Assembly: GCA_041499375.1 (NCBI GenBank)
Contig: JBGQKD010000002.1
Coordinates: forward strand, 85,823-149,822
Length of the DNA: 64,000 nucleotides
Direction: 5' to 3'
From: Gemmatimonadota bacterium
Lineage (GTDB): Bacteria; Gemmatimonadota; Gemmatimonadetes; Gemmatimonadales; GWC2-71-9
The translations under genes were made by a program, and so were the position numbers. Shown here one piece after another: positions 9,236 through 16,053 of this stretch (within the stretch, counting starts at the first letter, position 1; every line of letters starts with the position of its first letter). A model generated the notes under the pieces. The model saw only the letters and a program-made list of their open reading frames with translations, was not told the DNA's origin and did not search any database.

Positions 9236-9781
9236 TCAGGCGAGGACGTCCTTCAAGGCGCACGTGAATCCCGGGAGAACGTCCTCGCCCTCCAACGAGT
9301 CATCGGTTCCAATAACGGACAGGCTCCCGTCCTGGCGGTAGACGCGCGCCGCCCGTCGCTGGGGATCGACGACCCACACGAGCCGCGTGCCGGCGGCAAG
9401 CCAGTCGGCCACTTTGGCGAGGACTTCGGCAGGGCGATCGTCAGGCGACAGCACCTCGGCGAGCAAGTCCGGCGCGAGCTCGGCGTAGCCGCGCTCCCCA
9501 ATGGCTCCCACGCGCTCACGGGCGACGAACGCCACATCCGGGGCCCGCACCGTATCCGGGTCGGACGCGATCTTGAATCCGGTGTCCTGCGCAAAGATCG
9601 CACCCGAGCCGTGTCGCCGCACGAAGTCAGCCAGATAGTACGTGAGGTTTGCTGCGATAGCCCCGTGATGGGTGCCGGGTGGCTCGCGGACGATCAGTCG
9701 CCCCCGAATCAGCTCGGTCACCTTTCCGGGAATCGAGATGCGCTCGACCTCTTCGGCCGTCATTAGGGGAGAGGTGCTCAC
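9236..9781 (-). CDS. Uma2 family endonuclease (PD-(D/E)XK fold)
   Basis: ELIRG, APDVAFV, PDLLAEVLSP, K..W..AG..LVWVVDP, LEGEDVLPGF motifs; start GTG 9781 or ATG 9793/9763. Confidence 0.9.
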   Translation of the reverse strand: MSTSPLMTAEEVERISIPGKVTELIRGRLIVREPPGTHHGAIAANLTYYLADFVRRHGSGAIFAQDTGFKIASDPDTVRAPDVAFVARERVGAIGERGYAELAPDLLAEVLSPDDRPAEVLAKVADWLAAGTRLVWVVDPQRRAARVYRQDGSLSVIGTDDSLEGEDVLPGFTCALKDVLA

Positions 9782-9863
9782 GTCGTGCAACATACTATGG
9801 ACGATGCCCAGGCTCCATCAATGGGAGATCAACAACCAGGGGATGTCGAGTGTCTAGCCGCAG

Positions 9864-9905
9864 CATTCGACATTCTACATTCTGCATTGGACATTGGACA
9901 TTCGT
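9864..9905. repeat. Degenerate heptamer tandem array (CATTcga-like x6)
   Basis: cattcga cattcta cattctg cattgga cattgga cattcgt; inverted degenerate units ggatgtc gagtgtc at 9841-9854. Confidence 0.8.
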
Positions 9906-9911
9906 AGTCAG

Positions 9912-9982
9912 TTGGCCCCCTAGGATTCGAACCTAGATTCGCGGATCCAAAGTCCGCTGTCCTGCCATTGGACGAGGGGCCA
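9912..9982 (-). tRNA. tRNA-Gln (anticodon TTG), CCA not encoded
   Basis: Minus strand TGGCCCC acceptor ... GCGGA-CT-TTG-GA-TCCGC anticodon arm ... GGTTCGAATCC T-arm ... GGGGCCA-A. Confidence 0.95.
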
Positions 9983-10040
9983 GAGTCTCGCCGGGATGCA
10001 AGTTAATGACGGCCGCCAGTCCATGCAGTAGCTTTGCGTC

Positions 10041-11396
10041 GTGACCGGACACCGCTACCCCAACAGCCACGTCTTCTACCGCAAGCTCGGCTACGAGTAT
10101 CCCAAGATCGTGCGCGGCGAGGGCTGCTGGCTCATCGACGAGCGCGGCAAGCGCTACCTCGATGCGGTCGGCGGCGCCTACGTCGCGAACCTCGGCCACT
10201 CGAACCCGGAGATTGCGAATTCCATCGCCGAGCAGTGCCGCCAGTTCGGGTACCTGTCGGGCACCATGTTCACCCACGGCCCCGTCGAGAACCTCGCCGA
10301 CGAGCTCGCGGACACGCTGCCCGGTGACCTCTCGAAGCTCTACTTCCTTTGTAGTGGGTCGGAGTCGGTCGAGGCGGCGTTGAAGCTGGCCCGCCAGTAT
10401 TGGGTGGAGCGGGGACGTCCCAGCAAGCACCGGATCATCGCGCTCGGCCCGGGCTACCACGGCAGCACGCTGCTCGCGCTCTCCGCTTCGGCGCGTGAAG
10501 CGCACAAGGCGCCGTTCCGCCCGTGGCTCGTCGACGTCCACCGCATTCCCGCGCCGTATCCCTATCGCTGCGAGTGCGGCGGCCGCGGCCCCGCCTGTCC
10601 GGTGTGCAGCGCAGACGTGTTGGAAGAAGCGATCGAAAAACTCGGTGCCGATCAGGTCGCCGCCTTCATCGCCGAGCCCGTGGGCGGTTCGTCGACCGGC
10701 GCGTCGACACCGCGGCCCGAGTACTTCAAGCGGGTGCGTGAGATTTGCGACCGCCACGACGTGCTCTTTGTGGCCGATGAGGTGCTCGTGGGCGTCGGCC
10801 GCACGGGGACCTGGTGGGCGATCGAGCCCTACGGCGTGACGCCCGACATCATGACGTTCGGCAAAGGCGTTTCGGGCGGCTACGCGGCGCTGTCCGGCAT
10901 CGCGGCGCCCGAACGCATCGTGGATGTCCTGGCGAACGGCTCGGGCAGCTTCGTGCACGCCCAGACATTCTCGCATCACCCGGTCTCGTGCGCGGCCGGT
11001 GTGGCCACCATGAAGTACCTCAAGCAACACAAGCTCGTGGAGCGCTGCGCCCAGATGGGTCGTGTGTTGCACGAGCGGCTGCGCTTGCTGGCCGATCTGC
11101 CGCACGTCGGGGATGTGCGCGGCCGCGGTCTCCTCGCCGGTATCGAGTTCGTCGAAGACAAGGGGAGCCGAGCGCCATTTCCCCGGTCGGCAAAATTTGC
11201 CGAGCGATTTGCGGACGCCGCGCTCGCGGCGGGCATCACGGTGTGGCCGAACGTCGGGCACGCGGACGGAACGAGTGGCGACGCCGCATTGATCGCGCCG
11301 CCATTCATCATCACGGAGTCGGAAATCGACGAAATCGTGGGCCGGCTCACGACGGCGCTCGAGAAGACTCTCTCGCAAATGAAGGTTCGCGTATGA
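10041..11396 (+). CDS. Class III PLP-dependent aminotransferase
   Basis: YLDAVGG, SGSESVEAALKLARQY, YHG, FIAEPV, ADEV..G.GRTG, PDIMTFGKG. Confidence 0.9.
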   Translation: MTGHRYPNSHVFYRKLGYEYPKIVRGEGCWLIDERGKRYLDAVGGAYVANLGHSNPEIANSIAEQCRQFGYLSGTMFTHGPVENLADELADTLPGDLSKLYFLCSGSESVEAALKLARQYWVERGRPSKHRIIALGPGYHGSTLLALSASAREAHKAPFRPWLVDVHRIPAPYPYRCECGGRGPACPVCSADVLEEAIEKLGADQVAAFIAEPVGGSSTGASTPRPEYFKRVREICDRHDVLFVADEVLVGVGRTGTWWAIEPYGVTPDIMTFGKGVSGGYAALSGIAAPERIVDVLANGSGSFVHAQTFSHHPVSCAAGVATMKYLKQHKLVERCAQMGRVLHERLRLLADLPHVGDVRGRGLLAGIEFVEDKGSRAPFPRSAKFAERFADAALAAGITVWPNVGHADGTSGDAALIAPPFIITESEIDEIVGRLTTALEKTLSQMKVRV

Positions 11397-12730
11397 CCGC
11401 GCCCCGGGACTATCCGCGCATCGTCGTGCCGCCACCGGGTCCCAAAGCCCGCGCGATCGTCGAGCGGCAGGACCGCTTCGCCTCGACGTCCTATCCCAAG
11501 GAGTATCCGCTCGCCGTGGCGCGCGGTGAGCGCGCCGTGGTCGAAGACGTCGACGGCAACCGGTTCCTCGACTTCATGGCGGGTATCGCGGTCGCATCAA
11601 CGGGCTACGGCCATCCGAAGGTGGTGAAAGCCGTCCAGGACGCCGCGGCGCGCTTCCTTCATATCTGCGGCTCGGACTTCTACTACGAGAGCTTCGCGGC
11701 GTTGTGCGAGCGGCTCGCGCAGCTCGCGCCCGGGCCGAGCAAGAAGCGGGTGTTCCTGTCGAACTCCGGAACGGAAGCGGTCGAAGGCGCCATCAAACTG
11801 GCGCGCCATTCGACCGGCCGCCCCGCGATCATCGGCTTCCTCGGCGCGTTCCACGGGCGCAGCTACGGCGGGCTGAGCCTCACGGCCAGCAAGGCCGTGC
11901 AACGTTCGGGGTTCGCGCCGTTCCTGCCCGAAGTTCATCACGTCCCTTACGGCTATCGCTATCGCTGCGAGTACTGCCGCGGCGAGTCGGCCTGCACGAC
12001 GCGCTGCACGTCGTGGATCGAAGAGGAGCTGTTCACCAAGAAAGTGCCGCCCGATAGCGTTGCGGCGATTTTCGTGGAGCCGATCCAGGGGGAGGGCGGC
12101 TACGTGGTGCCGCCGGCCGGCTACCTCAAAGACCTGCGCGCGATCTGCGATCGCTACGGCATCCTGCTCGTCTGCGATGAGGTGCAGTGCGGCGTAGGCC
12201 GCACGGGGAAGATGTGGGCCTGCGAATACGAAGGCATCGAACCCGACATCCTCCTGTCGGCCAAAGGCCTGGGCAGCGGCATGCCGATCGGCGCGATCAT
12301 CGCCAAAGAGTCGATCATGAAATGGAAGCCCGGCGCCCACGGGACGACGTTCGGCGGCAACCCGGTGTGCTGCGCGGCGGCGCTCGCCACGCTCGACATC
12401 GTCGAAAAAGAGCTGCTGCCAAACGTGGCGAAGATGGGCGACCGCCTGATCACAGGCGCGCGCAAGCTCCAGGACAAGTACGCGGCGATCGGGGATGTGC
12501 GCGGACGCGGGCTGATGGTGGGCGTCGAATTCGTGAAGGACCGCGAAACGCGTGAGCCGGCCCCCGACATTCCCCACGAGATCGTGGGCCGCGCTTTCAA
12601 GAAGGGTCTCCTGCTCCTCGGCTGCGGGAAGAGCTCGCTTCGGCTCGCGCCCCCGCTCGTCGTGGATGAGTACGATGTCGACACCGCTCTCCGGATCATC
12701 GACGAGTGCCTGCACGAGATGTCGGACTAG
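11393..12730 (+). CDS. Class III aminotransferase (4-aminobutyrate/acetylornithine aminotransferase family)
   Basis: ATG 11393 overlaps upstream stop; DVDGNRFLDF, NSGTEAVEGAIKLAR, FHGRS, EPIQGEGG, DEVQCG.GRTG, SAKGLGSG, TFGGNP. Confidence 0.9.
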   Translation: MTAPRDYPRIVVPPPGPKARAIVERQDRFASTSYPKEYPLAVARGERAVVEDVDGNRFLDFMAGIAVASTGYGHPKVVKAVQDAAARFLHICGSDFYYESFAALCERLAQLAPGPSKKRVFLSNSGTEAVEGAIKLARHSTGRPAIIGFLGAFHGRSYGGLSLTASKAVQRSGFAPFLPEVHHVPYGYRYRCEYCRGESACTTRCTSWIEEELFTKKVPPDSVAAIFVEPIQGEGGYVVPPAGYLKDLRAICDRYGILLVCDEVQCGVGRTGKMWACEYEGIEPDILLSAKGLGSGMPIGAIIAKESIMKWKPGAHGTTFGGNPVCCAAALATLDIVEKELLPNVAKMGDRLITGARKLQDKYAAIGDVRGRGLMVGVEFVKDRETREPAPDIPHEIVGRAFKKGLLLLGCGKSSLRLAPPLVVDEYDVDTALRIIDECLHEMSD

Positions 12731-12741
12731 CGTCAAAAGTC

Positions 12742-13626
12742 ATGTCGATGCAGGACGCCGTCGCGCGACACGTGCGCGACGGCGACGTCGTCGTCATTGA
12801 AGGATTCACCCACCTGATTTCGTTCGCCGCGGGCCACGAGATCATTCGCCAGCGGCGCCGGGACCTGACGTTGTGCCGCCTGACGCCGGACTTGATCTAC
12901 GATCAGATGATCGCCGCGGGCTGCGCGAAAAAGCTCGTGTTCTCGTGGGCCGGCAATCCCGGGGTCGGCTCGCTGCACGCGTTTCGCCGCGCGGTCGAAG
13001 GACAGACGCTCGAGATCGAGGAATACTCGCATTTCGGCATGGTGGCGCGCTTTTCGGCCGGGGCCGCGCGGCTGCCGTTCTGGACGCTGCGCGATTACGC
13101 CGGCACCGATCTGCCGCGTGCCAATCCCCGCATCAAGGCGGTGACGTGCCCCTACACCGGCGAAAAACTTGCGACCGTGCCGGCGCTGAATCCCGACGTC
13201 ACAATCGTCCACGCGCAACGCGCCGACGACCAGGGCAACACGCAGATCTGGGGACTGCTCGGCGTCCAGAAAGAAGCGGCGTTCGCATCACAGCGCGTCA
13301 TCGTCGTCGTCGAGGAGCTTGTGGAGGAGCGGGTGATCCGCTCGGATCCCAATCGGACGCTGATTCCCGCGGCGATCGTGAGCGCCGTGGTGGTCGAGGC
13401 GTGGGGGGCGCATCCCTCATACGCGCAGGGCTACTACGACCGCGACAACGACTTCTACGTCGGCTGGGAGGCCATCTCGCGCGACCGCGGCGAGCTCGCC
13501 GGCTATCTCGATGAATTCGTCTACGGCGTGCGGGATCGCGCCGAGTACATGCAGAAGCAGCCGCGGCTGGCCGAGCGGTTGAAGGCGGGCGAGCAGCGCT
13601 GCGCGGGAGTCAATTACGGCTTCTGA
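12742..13626 (+). CDS. Family I CoA-transferase subunit A (GctA/CatI-like)
   Basis: EGFTHLI.FAAGHEIIRQ, RLTPDLIYDQMI, PDVTIVHAQRAD..GN, GAHPSYAQGYYDRD. Confidence 0.88.
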   Translation: MSMQDAVARHVRDGDVVVIEGFTHLISFAAGHEIIRQRRRDLTLCRLTPDLIYDQMIAAGCAKKLVFSWAGNPGVGSLHAFRRAVEGQTLEIEEYSHFGMVARFSAGAARLPFWTLRDYAGTDLPRANPRIKAVTCPYTGEKLATVPALNPDVTIVHAQRADDQGNTQIWGLLGVQKEAAFASQRVIVVVEELVEERVIRSDPNRTLIPAAIVSAVVVEAWGAHPSYAQGYYDRDNDFYVGWEAISRDRGELAGYLDEFVYGVRDRAEYMQKQPRLAERLKAGEQRCAGVNYGF

Positions 13627-14341
13627 CTACACGCCCGACGAGATGATGGCTGCCGTGGCGGCGCGCGAGCTGGCCGACGGCGAAGTCGTGTTTGTCGGGA
13701 TCGGCCTGCCGAACCTCGCCTGCAATCTGGCCCGGCGCACGCACGCGCCGAATCTCGTGCTCATCTACGAGTCGGGCGCGGTCGGCGCAACGCCGTCGCG
13801 TCTCCCCGTCTCGATCGGCGATCCCGCGCTCGTCACCGGCTCGCTCATGGTATGCGGCATGGCGGACGTGTTCCAGCTCTTTCTCCAGAACGGGCGGATC
13901 GAGGTCGGATTCCTCGGCGGGGCGCAGGTGGACAGACGCGGCAACATCAACACCACGGTGATCGGGTCGTACGAGCGCCCCAAGGTCCGCCTCCCCGGCT
14001 CGGGCGGCGCCGCGGAGATTGCGATTCACGCGCACCGCATCCTGATCGTCGCGAAGCTGTTGCCCCGCGCGTTTCCCGAGCGCGTCGATTTTCTGACGAG
14101 CCCCGGCGAGCGGGTCGCCAAAGTGATCACCGACAAGGGCGTGCTCGAACGTGACGACGCGAGCGGCGATCTCGTGCTCGCCGGATTGTATCCTGGTGTC
14201 GAGGCGGACGAGGTGCGCGCCGGCGTCGGCTGGAAGCTCGAGTCCCGGGCGCGGTTGAACCGATTGGACCCACCTACCGCCACGGAGCTGCAGTTGTTGC
14301 GGGAAGTGCTGGACCCGCAACGGCTCTATCTCAAATCATGA
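13616..14341 (+). CDS. Family I CoA-transferase subunit B (GctB/CatJ-like); start uncertain (first ATG 13643)
   Basis: VFVGIGLP, LIYESG, GFLGGAQVD..GNINTT, RLPGSGGA, VDFLTSPG; family-like DYTPDE lies upstream of the first ATG. Confidence 0.85.
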   Translation, partial: TASDYTPDEMMAAVAARELADGEVVFVGIGLPNLACNLARRTHAPNLVLIYESGAVGATPSRLPVSIGDPALVTGSLMVCGMADVFQLFLQNGRIEVGFLGGAQVDRRGNINTTVIGSYERPKVRLPGSGGAAEIAIHAHRILIVAKLLPRAFPERVDFLTSPGERVAKVITDKGVLERDDASGDLVLAGLYPGVEADEVRAGVGWKLESRARLNRLDPPTATELQLLREVLDPQRLYLKS

Positions 14342-16053
14342 TCCTTGCCCTCGCGCTGGTGCTGCAGACGAGCGGTGATTCGCTGGCGGTCCGCGTCCGC
14401 CAGCTCGCCGACACGTATCTCACCGCCTACTTCGCGCAGCATCCCGACGAAGCGACGCTCGACGGTGTGGCGAACACACGGCACGACCGCCTGCCGGATA
14501 ATTCGCCCGCCACGCTCGCGCGCTGGCAGGACCGTGAGGACGCCTGGCTCACGGTGCTCAAACGCATCGATCCGAAGCGATTGGCAGACCGGCCCGAGTG
14601 GGTCGCCTACGGGATCATGCGCGACGCGATCGAAGGCTCCGTGGCGACGCGCGTGTGCCGCTACGAGCTGTGGAGCGTGGCGCACACCGGTGGCGGCTGG
14701 CTGTCGACGATTACGTCGCTCGCGGCGCTCCAGGGCGTGGGCAGCGACGAAGCCCGGCGCCAGGTGCTCGCACGCTGGCACGCCATTCCCGCCTACATCG
14801 CGACGGAGACGGCGAACCATCGGGAAGGGCTGCGGCGTGGCTACACGGCCCCGCGTCACAATGTCGAAATCGCCTTGAGCGAAATCGACACGCTCCTTGC
14901 GATGCCGATCGAGCGCTCACCGCTCTACGACCCCGGCCGCCGCGACTCCACTCCGGGGTTCGGTGCCGAGCTCGCCCAGGTGATCGGGCGTGAGATCTTG
15001 CCGGCGATGCGGGCGTACCGCGATTTCCTCGCCACCGAGTATGTCGGACGTGCGCGGACCGAGATCGGCGTGCATGCGAACCCGCACGGCTCCGATTGCT
15101 ATCGTGCCAGCATTCGCGCGACGACCGGTCTTGCGCTCTCGGCGGACTCGGTGCACCGGCTGGGCCTTGCGACGGTCGACCAGCTCGAGAATGCGATGCG
15201 GGTGATCGCGATTCGATCGTTCGGCACGAGCGACGTCTCGCGGCTGCTCGAGCGGTTGCGCAGCGACACGGCCTACACGTTCCACACCCGTGAAGAGATG
15301 CTGGAGCGGGCCCGGGAAGCGCTGGCGCGCGCGCGCGCCGCCATTCCGCGGACGTTCGGCCGGCTGCCGCGCGCGCCCGTCATCGTCGAGCCCTACCCGG
15401 CGTTTCGCGAGCGCCAGAGCGTGGGCGAGTGGAATCCACCAGCCGAGGACGGCAGCCGGCCCGGGATCTACTACCTCTCCACGTACGATCCGCGGCACAA
15501 GTCGCGCGCCGACCTCGAGGCGCTGTCGTTCCACGAAACGATCCCCGGCCATCACCTGCAGGGGACGATCGCGCTCGAGCGGGGCGACACGATTCCCGCC
15601 ATCGCGCGCTACTTCTGGTCGCCGGGAATGGGGGAAGGGTGGGCCGAGTACGCCGAGCAGCTCGCCGACGAGATGGGACTGTATTCGTCCGACACCGCCC
15701 GGTTCGGAATGCTGGCCGACATCACGCTCTCGGCGACGTTGCTGGTGGTGGACACGGGGATCCATGAGTTCGGGTGGACGCGCGCGCAGGCGATCGACTA
15801 CATCCGCGAGCACACGCACGTGCCGCTGTTGCGCGCGGAAGTTGGGGTCGATCGCTATCCCGTCTGGCCGGCGCAAGGCTTGTCCTACGGACTGGGCCGG
15901 CTGGAGATCCGGCGGCTCCGCGCGCTGGCGGAGCAGCGTCTGCGCGGGAAGTTCGACATCCGCGCCTTCCATGACCGGGTGCTGGAAAACGGCGCGGTGC
16001 CGCTGCCTCTGCTCCGCGCCTGGATTTATCAATGGATCGACGCCTCGCGTTAG
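14338..16053 (+). CDS. DUF885 family protein (putative zinc metalloprotein)
   Basis: Signal-like N-terminus; HETIPGHHLQ, EGWAEYAE, LVVDTGIH, PAQGLSY..G, FDIRAFHD. Confidence 0.88.
   Translation: MILALALVLQTSGDSLAVRVRQLADTYLTAYFAQHPDEATLDGVANTRHDRLPDNSPATLARWQDREDAWLTVLKRIDPKRLADRPEWVAYGIMRDAIEGSVATRVCRYELWSVAHTGGGWLSTITSLAALQGVGSDEARRQVLARWHAIPAYIATETANHREGLRRGYTAPRHNVEIALSEIDTLLAMPIERSPLYDPGRRDSTPGFGAELAQVIGREILPAMRAYRDFLATEYVGRARTEIGVHANPHGSDCYRASIRATTGLALSADSVHRLGLATVDQLENAMRVIAIRSFGTSDVSRLLERLRSDTAYTFHTREEMLERAREALARARAAIPRTFGRLPRAPVIVEPYPAFRERQSVGEWNPPAEDGSRPGIYYLSTYDPRHKSRADLEALSFHETIPGHHLQGTIALERGDTIPAIARYFWSPGMGEGWAEYAEQLADEMGLYSSDTARFGMLADITLSATLLVVDTGIHEFGWTRAQAIDYIREHTHVPLLRAEVGVDRYPVWPAQGLSYGLGRLEIRRLRALAEQRLRGKFDIRAFHDRVLENGAVPLPLLRAWIYQWIDASR

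Noticed and set aside
7440-9341. 633-aa plus-strand ORF and similar long shadow ORFs (9933-11435, 18172-20049, 22710-24188, 48418-50067)
   Set aside because: They are antisense or alternate-frame to well-supported genes, as expected in high-GC DNA. Only the PD40 relic at 9108-9227 within the first is meaningful.
9864-9905. Short repeat arrays as CRISPR
   Set aside because: Units are 7-8 bp with no unique spacers, and no cas genes are present.
1-9982. Intact integrative element or prophage at tRNA-Gln
   Set aside because: No integrase, phage gene or duplicate of the tRNA-Gln 3' end was seen in the window; a left boundary may lie outside it.
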